DNA of 64,000 nucleotides. Source: an uncultured bacterium. GTDB taxonomy: Bacteria; Acidobacteriota; Thermoanaerobaculia; Multivoradales; JAHZIX01. The translations under genes were made by a program, and so were the position numbers. The notes beneath the pieces are model-generated. The model saw only the letters and a list, made by a program, of their open reading frames with translations. It had not been told where the DNA came from and did not search any database. Location: the NCBI GenBank assembly GCA_965368975.1, contig CBDUPA010000002.1, forward strand, positions 160,001 to 224,000. Reading direction: 5' to 3'. Positions 1 to 12,918 of this stretch are shown in pieces. How positions within the stretch are numbered: the stretch's first letter is position 1; every line of letters begins with the position of its first letter.

Positions 1-594
1 CCTGCTGCATGCCGATGACGGAGGCGAAGCGCAGACCGTAGGTCTCGCGCAGGCCCGGCAGGCCGTCCGGACGCTCGTTGAACTCGTAGCCAAAGGCCGC
101 TCTCAGCTCGGGCGCGATGGCCGCCAGATCCGAAATCGAGCGCAGGCCGTGCTCTTCGGCCAGGGCCCGCGGCACGGCAATCTCGTAGGCGTTCTCGAAG
201 CCCAGAGGTGCCAACCACACGAGCTCGTAGCGGCGCAGGAACTCCCGCCGGACCGAACGTAGTGTTTCGACGGCACTGCCAGCCTTGCCGGGGGCGCCGG
301 GCTCTTCACCGAGGATCGACACCCAACCAGTGCCGGTGTACTCGGGGTAGACGTCCGCGGCGCCGGTGCACACCGCTTCGAAGCACACCTGGGTGCCAGC
401 AAGGCCCAAGCGTCGTTCGACGTCGAGGTCTGTGCGCGCTTCGATCAGCTGCGCGAACATCTCGCCCAACAGACGGTTTTCCGGAAAGTTCTTGGACGCC
501 ACCACGACCGAGTTCCGTGCCGTTGCTGAGGCGGCTGCCGAGACGCACAGCCCGACCGTCAGGAACAGCAGCAACACGAGGCTCCGAACCTGCC

Positions 595-598
<4 letters not shown>
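1..598 (-). CDS. Glycine betaine/osmoprotectant ABC transporter substrate-binding protein (3' end outside window)
   Basis: Manual translation from GTG at 598, overlapping the upstream TGA: signal peptide, then VVVASKNFPENRLLGEM...DVYPEYTGTG, typical of the OpuAC/OsmF family. Absent from the ORF track because it runs off the window. Confidence 0.85.
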
Positions 599-1380
<782 letters not shown>

Positions 1381-1457
1381 GGCGTCAGTGTATCGCGGTC
1401 TACAATCGGCTCAGGTCGCGAAACCGTGTCCGCCTTCATCCACTGCAGGGAGGTTCT

Positions 1458-2699
1458 ATGAAAAGCCAGCGCATCACCTTTCTCGGCTCCCAGGGCGAGC
1501 AGCTCGCCGGACGCCTCGAGACGCCATCACACGGGAAGCCGCACGAGTTCGTGCTGTTCGCTCACTGCTTTACCTGCTCCAAGGATCTCAAAGCCGTGGG
1601 ACGCATCAGCAAGGCGCTGGTCGAACGAGGGCTCGGGGTACTGCGCTTCGATTTCACGGGCTTGGGGGAGAGCGAGGGGGACTTTGCAGACACCAACTTC
1701 TCGTCCAACGTCCAGGACCTGATCGCCGCGGCGGACTACTTGCGCGAGCACCACCGGGCACCGGCTTTGCTGGTAGGCCACAGTCTCGGTGGCGCCGCTG
1801 TCTTGGCGGCCGCGGCCGAGGTGCCGGAGGCAACGGCGGTGGCGACGATCGGGGCGCCGGCATCGACGCAGCACTTGCGGGCGAATGTGCTTGCCGGGGT
1901 GGAAGCAAAGATGCAGGAAGGCGTGGCCGAGATCCAGCTGGCGGGGCGACCCTTCCGCATCAAGAAGCAGCTGCTCGACGACCTCGACGAGGGCCATCTC
2001 GACGGGCGGCTGCGCGATCTGGGCAAGGCACTACTGATTCTGCACTCGCCGGTCGACGAAATTGTCGGCATCGACCAGGCCAAAGAGATCTACCAGGCCG
2101 CGCGTCATCCCAAGAGCTTCGTGTCGCTGGACGATTCCGACCATTTGTTGACACGCGAACGGGACGCACGCTATGCCGCGGACGTGCTCGCAGTATGGGC
2201 GGGACGCTATATCGACCTTGGAGAGGCGGAGCCGGGTGCGGTCGACCAGGAGCGCCCGGAGCTGGAGACGGGGCAGGTGCTCGTGATCGGCGGAGCGCAG
2301 GGTTACGCGAACGACGTCTACACGCCGCACCATCACCAGCACGCCGACGAGCCAGTATCCGTAGGAGGCGCGGACACCGGCCCGAATCCTTACGACTTCC
2401 TACTCAGCGCGCTTGGCGCCTGCACCTCCATGACCCTGCGTATGTATGCGGACCGTAAGCAGTGGCCACTGGAGGGTGTGCGCGTCAAGCTGCGCCACGG
2501 CAAGGTGCACGTCCGCGACTGTGAGGACTGCATGAGCGACGACGGCAAGATTGACGAGATTCACCTGGAGCTGGAGATCCTCGGCGATCGTCTGGATACG
2601 GCGCAGCGCGAGCGCATTGCCGAGATCGCCGGACGCTGCCCGGTTCACCGGACGCTGACCACCGAGACCAAGATCCGCACCCATGTGCTGTCGCCCTAG
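1458..2699 (+). CDS. Bifunctional alpha/beta hydrolase - OsmC family protein
   Basis: AHCFTC motif, GHSLGG nucleophile elbow; C-terminal OsmC domain with ADEP..GG.DTGPNPY, LGACT and CPVH; RBS GGAGG. Confidence 0.9.
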   Translation: MKSQRITFLGSQGEQLAGRLETPSHGKPHEFVLFAHCFTCSKDLKAVGRISKALVERGLGVLRFDFTGLGESEGDFADTNFSSNVQDLIAAADYLREHHRAPALLVGHSLGGAAVLAAAAEVPEATAVATIGAPASTQHLRANVLAGVEAKMQEGVAEIQLAGRPFRIKKQLLDDLDEGHLDGRLRDLGKALLILHSPVDEIVGIDQAKEIYQAARHPKSFVSLDDSDHLLTRERDARYAADVLAVWAGRYIDLGEAEPGAVDQERPELETGQVLVIGGAQGYANDVYTPHHHQHADEPVSVGGADTGPNPYDFLLSALGACTSMTLRMYADRKQWPLEGVRVKLRHGKVHVRDCEDCMSDDGKIDEIHLELEILGDRLDTAQRERIAEIAGRCPVHRTLTTETKIRTHVLSP

Positions 2700-2867
2700 C
2701 ACCGGTCGTTCGAAGGACACGAGCGATCCTCGGCACCCGTGGCGCAAATATGGCGTCCTCGCATGAAGACGCCTGCGCGGTCGACTGTCCACAAAAACGT
2801 CCACATTCTGTTCACGCGGCTCGCAGCGTAGCCACTGGAACCCGCTCGTGGCGGCCCAAGCCCAACC

Positions 2868-2883
2868 TGGCACAGTTCCTGCT
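2868..2883 (+). promoter_or_regulatory. Putative sigma54 (-24/-12) promoter
   Basis: TGGCACAGTTCCTGCT has exact GG-N10-GC spacing and is close to consensus TGGCACG-N4-TTGCW. GTCCACA direct repeats lie upstream at 2787-2793 and 2799-2805. Confidence 0.6.
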
Positions 2884-2970
2884 TTAGACAAGACGCGAAG
2901 GATAGACGTCCGAGACAGACGCTACAGAGAACAGACACTGACAATCTCAGCTCCTCCTCAGGTACACCCT

Positions 2971-3126
2971 ATGACGCCCACACCCAGCTCCACTCCTCAG
3001 CACCCGCAAGGGTGGCTTGGTCCTGGGTCGGCGGCGTTACTCGCCGGCGTGCAGCGGTTGCAACCTTGCGCGCCGGCTTTCGTATCGATTTCACAGCCTG
3101 CCTACGGCGGGCTCGAGACCAAATAG
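2971..3126 (+). CDS. Possible 51-aa small protein (or part of an sRNA) downstream of the sigma54 promoter
   Basis: ATG at 2971 to TAG at 3126: MTPTPSSTPQHPQGWLGPGSAALLAGVQRLQPCAPAFVSISQPAYGGLETK; RBS weak. Confidence 0.3.
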   Translation: MTPTPSSTPQHPQGWLGPGSAALLAGVQRLQPCAPAFVSISQPAYGGLETK

Positions 3127-3320
3127 CACAGCTTCTTCCTCCCCCTTCTTCCTCCTCCTCACCCCTTCCTCCTGCCGGGGCAGAACGTTCTACGACGCTC
3201 TGTCCCGGCTCCTGCCTTCTAGGCGACTTCCGCGGGCAGCGAGTACCGACACGCGGTCTTTTACGCTATTCCCACCCAGGAGCGTGCCATGGGCGGTGGT
3301 TGCCCATATAATCCCTTCCT

Positions 3321-4655
3321 GTGAACTCGCACGACGGGGAACCTCGAATCCTGCCCCGCGCCGAACATTCGATCTCTCGGCGCAATATCGCCAAGAACGC
3401 CGTCAAGGTGCTGTACCGGCTACACAATGCCGGCTACAAGGCGTGTCTCGTGGGCGGAAGTGTGCGCGACCTGATGCTGGGCCGGACGCCGAAGGACTTC
3501 GATGCCGGCACGGATGCCAAACCGGCACAGATCAAGAAGCTGTTCCGCAATTCGCGCATCATTGGCAGACGCTTCCGGCTCGTTCACGTCTTCTTCCAGG
3601 GCGAGATCATCGAGGTCTCGACTTTCCGCAGCCCACCGCAGCCGGAGGAACAAGATAGCGCGCCCGACGACTTGCTGATCACCAGCGACAACACTTTCGG
3701 CACCCCCGAACAGGACGCCTTCCGCCGCGACTTCACGATCAACGCGCTGTTCTACAACATCGGCGACTTCTCGGTGATCGACTACGTGGGAGGCATCGAA
3801 GACCTGGAACGGCGGCTAGTCCGCTGCATCGGCGATCCCAACGTGCGCTTCCGCGAGGATCCGGTGCGCATGATGCGTGCCTGTGAGTTCGCGGCACGCC
3901 TGGGCTTCGGCATCGAAGACCGGACGCAAGAGGCCATTCTCAGCCACCGCGAGGAACTGCACAAGGCGTCGTCGGCGCGCCTGACGGAAGAACTCTTGCA
4001 GCTGCTGCGCTGTGGTCACGCGGGCGCGGCGGTGCAATGGATGCTCGACCTCGGCATGGCGGAGATTCTGCTGCCCGAGGTTCACGACATGCTCGGCGCC
4101 CGCCAGCGCGGCCTGGGCGATTTCGCGCGCATCCTGCCGGTGATCGACCGCCTGGCGCTCGCCGGCAAAGACCTGGACGACAGCGTCTTGCTCGGGGCCT
4201 TGCTGGTAGCACGCGTACTGACGGAGCGCGACGAGCGCGAGCAGACGCGAGGCGGGCCGCTGCGGCGGCAAGAAGTCGATGAGCTGACCAAGGAGACGCT
4301 GCAGCCCTTCTTCGATCGCTACCGGCTCTCCAACGCCAAGTGCCACGTGACGGTGCGCGCCCTGACGCTCTTCCAGCGCCTGTGCGAGCCGGGAATGAAG
4401 CCTGGCCTGCAACGACGCCTGACGCAGCGCGCCGGCTTCCAAGATGCCATGCGCTTGTTCGACATCCTGGTGGACGCCAGCGGCGAAGGTCAGGAAGTGC
4501 GAGACCACTGGCAGCGCCTCGCGGCCGAGGTCAAGAGCGCTCCAGGTGGCGGTGCGGAAGAGACAGACGAGAGCAGCAAGCCCAAGCGGCGACGGCGACG
4601 ACGGCGTCGGGGAGGCAAGAAGAGAGGTGGCCCATCGCGGCCAGCGCAGGAGTGA
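3321..4655 (+). CDS. pcnB: Poly(A) polymerase I
   Basis: VGGSVRD, KDFD, poly(A)-polymerase signature IIGRRFRLVHV, RRDFTINA, EDPVRMMR, Arg-rich C-terminal tail. Confidence 0.9.
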   Translation: MNSHDGEPRILPRAEHSISRRNIAKNAVKVLYRLHNAGYKACLVGGSVRDLMLGRTPKDFDAGTDAKPAQIKKLFRNSRIIGRRFRLVHVFFQGEIIEVSTFRSPPQPEEQDSAPDDLLITSDNTFGTPEQDAFRRDFTINALFYNIGDFSVIDYVGGIEDLERRLVRCIGDPNVRFREDPVRMMRACEFAARLGFGIEDRTQEAILSHREELHKASSARLTEELLQLLRCGHAGAAVQWMLDLGMAEILLPEVHDMLGARQRGLGDFARILPVIDRLALAGKDLDDSVLLGALLVARVLTERDEREQTRGGPLRRQEVDELTKETLQPFFDRYRLSNAKCHVTVRALTLFQRLCEPGMKPGLQRRLTQRAGFQDAMRLFDILVDASGEGQEVRDHWQRLAAEVKSAPGGGAEETDESSKPKRRRRRRRRGGKKRGGPSRPAQE

Positions 4656-4800
4656 CGTATCATCGAACTGCACGCTTCGTGACCAGGCGCTGACGCCACC
4701 GCCGGTATCCGCGACGAGGCACGAAGACGCACCGTCTACCCAACGACTACACATCTCCATCAGACGGCCGTCGGCCGCACCCTGACGAGAAAGGCAAGCT

Positions 4801-5487
4801 ATGGCCTGGTTCATAGACGCATATCGATCACCGGTAGCCAAGAAGGCCGTGATGGCTGTCACGGGCCTCATGCTCTTTGGCTTCGTGCTCGGCCACATGG
4901 TCGGTAACCTGAAGCTCTATCTGGGCGAAGCGGCGCTCAACCACTATGCCGAGTGGCTGCGTACCCTCGGTGAGCCGATGATTCCGCACGGCCAGGCGCT
5001 GTGGATCGCCCGCATTGGACTGCTGGCAGCGGTCGTGCTGCACATCTGGTCAGCCTGGCAGGTGAGCGTGCTGAGCCGCAAGGCGCGGCCGCGGCGCTAC
5101 GTCAAGCAGCATTACGTGCAGGCCACCTACGCCTCGCGCACCATGCGCTGGGGCGGTGTCATCGTGCTGGCCTTCATCATCTACCACTTGCTGCACTTGA
5201 CCTTCGGCTCCGTGCATCCCGAGTTCGAGCCCGGTGAGGTCTACCGCAACGTGGTGATCGGCTTCCAGAGCATCTGGGTATCACTGTTCTACATCGTGGC
5301 CAACATCTTCCTGGCGCTGCACCTCTACCATGGCCTGTGGAGCCTGTTCCAGAGCCTCGGCTGGAACCACCCGAGTATCAAGAATCTTCGGCGTCCGATC
5401 GCGGCGGTCTTCGCACTCGTGGTCGCTGCCGGCAACATCTCCTTCCCGCTAGCCGTGCTCTTTGGCGTGGTCACGCTACCCGCCTGA
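4801..5487 (+). CDS. sdhC: Succinate dehydrogenase/fumarate reductase cytochrome b subunit
   Basis: [15 protein letters not shown], several TM helices with heme-ligand His (HLYHG); first gene of sdhCAB. Confidence 0.9.
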   Translation: MAWFIDAYRSPVAKKAVMAVTGLMLFGFVLGHMVGNLKLYLGEAALNHYAEWLRTLGEPMIPHGQALWIARIGLLAAVVLHIWSAWQVSVLSRKARPRRYVKQHYVQATYASRTMRWGGVIVLAFIIYHLLHLTFGSVHPEFEPGEVYRNVVIGFQSIWVSLFYIVANIFLALHLYHGLWSLFQSLGWNHPSIKNLRRPIAAVFALVVAAGNISFPLAVLFGVVTLPA

Positions 5488-5513
5488 AGCCGAGACGAAC
5501 CGAAAGGACAACG

Positions 5514-7429
<1,916 letters not shown>

Positions 7430-7430
<1 letters not shown>

Positions 7431-8182
7431 TGAAGGTTACCCTCCATGTCTGGCGCCAGAACGGTCCTGAAGCCGAGGGCCGGATGGAAACCTACACCGT
7501 CGACGGGGTCAACGACGACATGTCGTTCCTGGAAGTCTTGGACACGCTCAACGAGCAGCTGACGCTCGAGGGCAAGGAGCCCGTCGCGTTCGATCACGAC
7601 TGCCGCGAGGGCATCTGCGGTGCCTGCGGCATGGTGATCAACGGCCAGGCTCACGGTCCTCTGGACAGCACCACGACCTGCCAGCTGCACATGCGTCACT
7701 TCAAGGGCGAGACCGAGTTCTACCTCGAACCCTGGCGCGCTCGCGCCTTCCCAGTGGTGCGCGACCTGGTCGTCGATCGCATGGCCTTCGACCGCATCAT
7801 CCAGTCGGGTGGCTACATCTCGGTCAACAGCGGCAGTGCACCGGAGGCCAACCTGACGCCCGTCGAGAAGGACGTCGCCGACCGCGCTTTCGACGCCGCC
7901 ACCTGCATCGGCTGCGGCGCCTGCGTGGCGCAGTGCCCGAACGGCGCGGCACAGCTCTTCACCGCCGCCAAGGTGTCGCACTTGAGCCTGCTGCCGCAAG
8001 GACAGCCGGAACGCTGGCACCGCGTCGAGGCGATGGTGGCACAGATGGAAGACGAAGCCTTCGGTAGCTGCACCAACTTCGCCGAGTGCGAGGCAGTGTG
8101 CCCGAAGGGCATCAGCATCGACTTCATCGCCCGCCTGAACGCGGACTTCCTGAAGGCCAAGGCGCGCAACGCCCAGAGCTGA
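7430..8182 (+). CDS. sdhB: Succinate dehydrogenase/fumarate reductase iron-sulfur subunit
   Basis: [16 protein letters not shown]...[14 protein letters not shown]; ATG overlaps the sdhA TAA (TAATG). Confidence 0.95.
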
Positions 8183-8212
8183 CGTTCAGGTAAGCTGAGA
8201 CTTGGCGATCGG

Positions 8213-8241
8213 AGCAGCTCTGAGGGGTACTCAGAGCTGCT
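8213..8241. terminator. Hairpin between convergent sdhB and hypothetical gene
   Basis: AGCAGCTCTGAG-GGGTA-CTCAGAGCTGCT, 12-bp perfect stem. Confidence 0.6.
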
Positions 8242-9562
8242 TGACGTCATCCAGATCAAGAGCGAAGAGCAACTGGAACGTGTCACGAATGCGCTGCTGC
8301 AGGTCCGGAGCCTGGCGCAGCGGACCTACCAGGGTGTTCGGATCCCGACTCTCACCCTCGATCCACAGGTTGGCGCACAGCACCTGGAGCGGTGGGCTGC
8401 CGGGTTCGAGGATCTGGGGATCGGTATCGTACACGCCGAGGTGTTCCAGCGTCGCGTGAGCAGCCAGGGCGCAGGCGTCGGGCAGGGCGAACAGCGACGG
8501 CTGGCGCTGCCGCAGAGCCATCGCTTGCTCTTGCCAGCGCACCAGGTTCTGCGCCGCCTGGGGATCATGCCGCGGCGCCAGCTCTCGGGCCCGGAAGGCC
8601 ATCCAGCCCGGCTTGGGCCAATTCAGACGGTCGCACACCATCTCGACCAGCTCGGTGCCGTTCGAGCCATCGGCCGAGACCATGATATCGAGTTCGTTGG
8701 CGGCTCGCACGGCTTCCAACAAGCGAGCGCCGGGCAGTAAGTCGCTCGTGCGCTGCACCACCGGTGCCGTGCAATGGTAGCGCCCTACTGGTGCCATCAG
8801 GGCCAGGTCGAGAAGATAGAGCGCGGTCCAGCGGGCCCTGCCGGGATCGTTCGGCAGCAGCGAGCGTAGCGGGTTGAGCGTGTGGCGGGCGGTTGCCGGC
8901 AGATCTCGCGACACCGGGTCTGGCAGGTCTTCGATCTGGGCCAGTTGCGCGGCTGCTTCCAGGATCATGCGCCCGCTGGCGATCACTGCCGGCGCCTGCG
9001 GTGGCGGTGTGTCCAGACGCCGCATCAGTCCTTGCCGCGGCAGACGCCAGCGCGGGCGCGGGCGGTCCTGCTGCAGGAGCAGGATCTCCTGGTACAGCCG
9101 GTTGAACTCGCCCAGGCCTTCGCTCAGGTGAGCGTCCAGGGTCAAGTGTGAGAGCCGCTGGCAGGACTCGTGGAGCTCTAGCGTCGCCTGCAGCATCTGC
9201 GCCACTACAGGATGCGTTTCTTGCTCCGCCCACGGCCTCAAGGGCCAGCCTCGACGACGGCCGTGGCGCAGACCGAAAGAGACGTTGGAGAGGATCGTCG
9301 AGGTCGCGATCTCGGAAATGTCGGTGACGAACTGGCCGAGACTGGTGCCGAGGATCTGCAGGCGGTGCTGTGCCGCGTGCGGGTGGCTCGGTGGCTGATG
9401 CAGGCGCTCCAGCAGGGCCAGCGGCTCCAGGTAGTGGCCCTGCGGGGCCACCAGGAGACAAGTGTTGGCGCGCCGTCCGTACGCTTCAGGGTTGAGGGAA
9501 GTAGCCGGCAATCGTTCGTGCCCGCAGCTCGGGATGGTTGGGCAGTTCCACCTCGACCTCAC
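8231..9562 (-). CDS. Hypothetical protein, possible degenerate zincin-like fold (start uncertain)
   Basis: Long ORF with protein-like composition filling the gap between the VWA gene and sdhB; HAAQH..Q..GT..G segment and a later HLSEG. Confidence 0.65.
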   Translation of the reverse strand: MRSRWNCPTIPSCGHERLPATSLNPEAYGRRANTCLLVAPQGHYLEPLALLERLHQPPSHPHAAQHRLQILGTSLGQFVTDISEIATSTILSNVSFGLRHGRRRGWPLRPWAEQETHPVVAQMLQATLELHESCQRLSHLTLDAHLSEGLGEFNRLYQEILLLQQDRPRPRWRLPRQGLMRRLDTPPPQAPAVIASGRMILEAAAQLAQIEDLPDPVSRDLPATARHTLNPLRSLLPNDPGRARWTALYLLDLALMAPVGRYHCTAPVVQRTSDLLPGARLLEAVRAANELDIMVSADGSNGTELVEMVCDRLNWPKPGWMAFRARELAPRHDPQAAQNLVRWQEQAMALRQRQPSLFALPDACALAAHATLEHLGVYDTDPQILEPGSPPLQVLCANLWIEGESRDPNTLVGPLRQAPDLQQRIRDTFQLLFALDLDDVKQL

Positions 9563-12500
9563 GCCAGCTGTCCTCGTCCCCGGGATCGGCCGGATAGTAC
9601 CCGAGCAGATACTGGCTACGCAGCTCGCGCTCGATCTCTTGATAGATAGCGCCTAGGTTGTTGGTGTTGGGCAGATAGTAGACTCGGCCGCCCGAGGCAT
9701 CGGTCAGGCGGTCGAGACGGCCGGTGAAGTTGCGCATACCGAGGCTCAAGTCATCGCCACGTGCAACACCGGGGTGGAGCACGATCAGGTAGATCGGCAC
9801 CCCGGCCCGCTGCGCCAGCTGGTAGCAGGTACGGAACGGCATCTCTTCTTCTTCAACGGCACCGTCCGAGAACAGCACCAGGGCCTTCTTGCCACGCACC
9901 GCCTGCAGTTCGAGCAGCGAGAACACCACCGCTTCCCACAGGTCGGAATCGCCACTGGCCTCAAGGCTGTCGATACCGGTTACCAGACGCTTGAGATCAC
10001 CGCTCAGTGCGCGCGAAAGCCGAGGGTCGGTGTCGAAGTCGACCAGGAACGCCGCGTCGCGGTCCGACAGCACGGCGCGCACGAAGTCACCGGCCGCTTG
10101 CTGCACCGCTGGCAATTTGACGAACATGCTGGCCGACGAGTCGATCGCCAGACCGAGCGTCAAGGGAAGCGAGCCGGCGTCTTCGAAGGCCTCGACGCTC
10201 TGGCGGCTGCCGTCTTCCTTGACGATGAAGTCCTCGGCCGTCAATCCCTGCACCGGCTTGCCATCAGCGTCCGTGACGACGGTGTACAGCTCGACCAGGC
10301 GAATACTCACCCGTTCGGCGAAATCGGGATCGTCCGGGATCAGCACGTCTTCGGCCATGCGACCATCGTCGAGAAAGGCCGCGGCGCGCAAGAATCCGTC
10401 GGTGCTTGGCAGCACGACGCGTTGGCGTAGCGGTGGGCCGTAGAGCGTGGCCAGCAGCTGGTCGTTCCAAGAAAGCTCGACGCGATCCAGCCGCCGGCCA
10501 ACCGGCACGTTGACGTCGACCGCCACGTCGGTGGGACCAGGCTGCAGCCGCGAGGGCTGGGTCAGGAAGACACGGAAGTTGCCGCCGGCGTCGTTGATCA
10601 GCAGAATGTCGCGTCCGACCTCCTGGCCGGCGGGGCCGTAACCCACGACCCAGAGTGTGCGCCGCTGCGGCAGGTTGCCGAGTCGGATGCGTGCCTCGTA
10701 GGGCGGTGCGTCGACTTCGGCGACCTGCTCACCATCGAGGAAGAAGACAACCCGCTGCACGATGCTGCTCTGCACGCGCGCCTCGAAGGTCACACGGCCG
10801 CGCAGCACTTCCTCGTCTGGAGCCAGCAGGCGGATCGCCCTGGGTCGCGCGAGCAGAGACTCTTCGCGGGCTGGCCGTGCCGTCGACTCGGCGGCCTGCG
10901 CCAGCGCGCTGGTCGCTCCAGCGCCAGACACGGCAGCAACGGTGCCGCCCCAGGTCGACGACTCCAGATCCTCGACCAGCACCACGACACGATCCGCCCC
11001 GGTGGGCAGCTCCAGTTCGCGCTCGACCAGCCAATCCTGCTGCTCCGCCAGGCCGCCGACGTTGCGCACCTCGTGCAGCAGCCGCAGGGTCGACCCGTCG
11101 GCCGCCGCCAACCCGTAGGTGACCCGGATGTTCGTCTGCTGGCGGGCTGGCCGGGCGGAATCGGCCGCGGCGGAGTCGGCTGTGGCGGAATCCGCCAGTG
11201 GCGTCAGGTCCGTGCGAGTCTGCAACAAGCCGCTGCGCACCTCAGGAGCATCCAGAGTGTCAGCACCCCGGTCGGACGCGTCATCGCTCGCCGGATCGAG
11301 CTGCAACGACGACAACATCTCCAGCTGACCGTCTTCGAGTTCACCACGCAGCAAGCGCCGCACCCGAGCGGCAGCAACGGTTTCCGGAGGCGTACGCGAC
11401 ACCCAGGCACGGCTGCGCAGATTCCACTCGTCACCTCGACCATCGGAGGGGCTGTCGACGCGGATCGGCAGTGCACCGTCTGCCGACCGCGGCAAGGGCA
11501 CGCGCAAGGTCCAAGCACGCGCCTGCTGTTCGACGACCGGAATCAGCTGGCGCGGGTCCGCCACTGGCGCACCGCCGGTGATCCGGGCCAAGGTGCGCAT
11601 CGCCGCCTGGGCATCCAGCAACACGGGAGTATCGCTGGCCTGCACTACTTCTTCTTCACCCTGGAGCCGCCGACGCAAGCTCTCCAGCGACACCGAAACC
11701 CAAGGCACAGCCGTGGGCGCGTCGCGCGTCGCAGCTTCGAAGTCGTCGAGGTCGTAGGCGTCCTGCGCTGGTGCCTCTTCGACCTGCAGCGGACCGAAGA
11801 CCACCGGCACTGTCGTCCAACCATAGATCGACAGCGTCCGCGCGAGGTCCAGCACGAGACCGGAAAGATCGGGCACGGCGCCGCTGCGCCGCAGCTGTTC
11901 GGCCTGGTCGACGGGCAGGACATCGAGGTAGAAACGTTCCGGTTCGAGATCGAAGCCGTCGGTGATCCAGAACAGCAGGCGCCGTTCTCCCGGCGCCGGC
12001 AAGGGACGGCGCGCTACCCAGGTCAGTAAGTGGTCGACCTGCCGGCGCAGTAAGGCCTGCTCTTCGGCCATCGCTTCACGCACACGCTCCGCGAGGCTGG
12101 ACGCCGCTGGGCTGCTCAGCACGCTATCGTCGCGCCGCAGCCTCTCGACCTGCTGCAGAAACTGACGTCGACGGGTGCGCAGCTCGTCGCTGCCGCCGTC
12201 TTGGGTGGCCTGGTTGGCCCGAATCGCCCCTTGACTCAGGGAGCTGTCGAGCAGCAGAGGATCCCGGGTCGCGGGCAGGGTAACCCGTGGATCCGGCTGC
12301 GCCCGCACCACTTCGACGGCGCCAACATCGGTGAGCTGGCGTGCCGCTTCGGTGAAGGCGAGCGCGGCGCGGCGCAGAGTGCTGTCACCGGCCAGGCTGT
12401 GGTCGAAGTAGAGCACCACGTCCCACGGCGAATCGAGTCGGCGCAAGGGGCCGGCTAGCGGGCGCTCGACGAACTCGACCGGCACCCGTTGGCCGTCGAC

Positions 12501-12863
12501 CGTCACCGTCAGATCGCCAGCATCGAGGTCGAAGACGGGTTGGTTGCCGCCGTCGAGGGCCAGGAGGCGGAGTTCGATGCTGGCTTCGCCCGCTACCGCG
12601 GCTCCAGGGATCTGGGTACCAGGAGGATTGGCCGTCCGCGTCGCGGCGAGCGGGGCCTGAGCGTGCGTCGCGGGCAACCCTGCCAGCAGCAGTACTGTGA
12701 ACAGCAGTACGGCTGGCAGCAGAGCCGGCAGCCGTGTTGCTCGTGGGTGAGCGATCGGCGCCGGGCGCCGTCGGCGCTGTGCCGTCGAAGGCGGCGCAGC
12801 GGCAAAATGGTAGAAGGAGCGGTCGATCCAGTACATGGTAGAGGCGCCCCGGTCTGCTCGCAA
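9486..12863 (-). CDS. Secreted VWA domain protein (acidobacterial VWFA type) with Ig-like domains (start uncertain)
   Basis: Signal-like hydrophobic stretch; C-terminal VTDADGKPVQGLTAEDF, MIDAS DSSASM, KKALVLFSDG, ELRSQYLLGY; N-terminal degenerate VWA copy. Confidence 0.85.
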   Translation of the reverse strand: MRADRGASTMYWIDRSFYHFAAAPPSTAQRRRRPAPIAHPRATRLPALLPAVLLFTVLLLAGLPATHAQAPLAATRTANPPGTQIPGAAVAGEASIELRLLALDGGNQPVFDLDAGDLTVTVDGQRVPVEFVERPLAGPLRRLDSPWDVVLYFDHSLAGDSTLRRAALAFTEAARQLTDVGAVEVVRAQPDPRVTLPATRDPLLLDSSLSQGAIRANQATQDGGSDELRTRRRQFLQQVERLRRDDSVLSSPAASSLAERVREAMAEEQALLRRQVDHLLTWVARRPLPAPGERRLLFWITDGFDLEPERFYLDVLPVDQAEQLRRSGAVPDLSGLVLDLARTLSIYGWTTVPVVFGPLQVEEAPAQDAYDLDDFEAATRDAPTAVPWVSVSLESLRRRLQGEEEVVQASDTPVLLDAQAAMRTLARITGGAPVADPRQLIPVVEQQARAWTLRVPLPRSADGALPIRVDSPSDGRGDEWNLRSRAWVSRTPPETVAAARVRRLLRGELEDGQLEMLSSLQLDPASDDASDRGADTLDAPEVRSGLLQTRTDLTPLADSATADSAAADSARPARQQTNIRVTYGLAAADGSTLRLLHEVRNVGGLAEQQDWLVERELELPTGADRVVVLVEDLESSTWGGTVAAVSGAGATSALAQAAESTARPAREESLLARPRAIRLLAPDEEVLRGRVTFEARVQSSIVQRVVFFLDGEQVAEVDAPPYEARIRLGNLPQRRTLWVVGYGPAGQEVGRDILLINDAGGNFRVFLTQPSRLQPGPTDVAVDVNVPVGRRLDRVELSWNDQLLATLYGPPLRQRVVLPSTDGFLRAAAFLDDGRMAEDVLIPDDPDFAERVSIRLVELYTVVTDADGKPVQGLTAEDFIVKEDGSRQSVEAFEDAGSLPLTLGLAIDSSASMFVKLPAVQQAAGDFVRAVLSDRDAAFLVDFDTDPRLSRALSGDLKRLVTGIDSLEASGDSDLWEAVVFSLLELQAVRGKKALVLFSDGAVEEEEMPFRTCYQLAQRAGVPIYLIVLHPGVARGDDLSLGMRNFTGRLDRLTDASGGRVYYLPNTNNLGAIYQEIERELRSQYLLGYYPADPGDEDSWREVEVELPNHPELRARTIAGYFPQP

Positions 12864-12918
12864 AGGTGGTGCGGCAACCGGCGACGCCCCTAGAGATTAT
12901 TGGATCGGAGAGGTTAGC

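Noticed and set aside
2786-2805. DnaA boxes or replication origin
   Set aside because: Only partial matches to TTATCCACA, no AT-rich unwinding element and no dnaA context; more plausible as a sigma54 enhancer.
3321-4655. CCA-adding enzyme interpretation
   Set aside because: The IIGRRFRLVHV signature and Arg-rich tail favour poly(A) polymerase.
5337-5513. N-terminal extensions in the ORF track for sdhA (likewise sdhB, tldD, pmbA, tolC, PBP1B, ClpX-like)
   Set aside because: They overlap neighbouring genes; downstream starts with an RBS or stop/start overlaps fit better.
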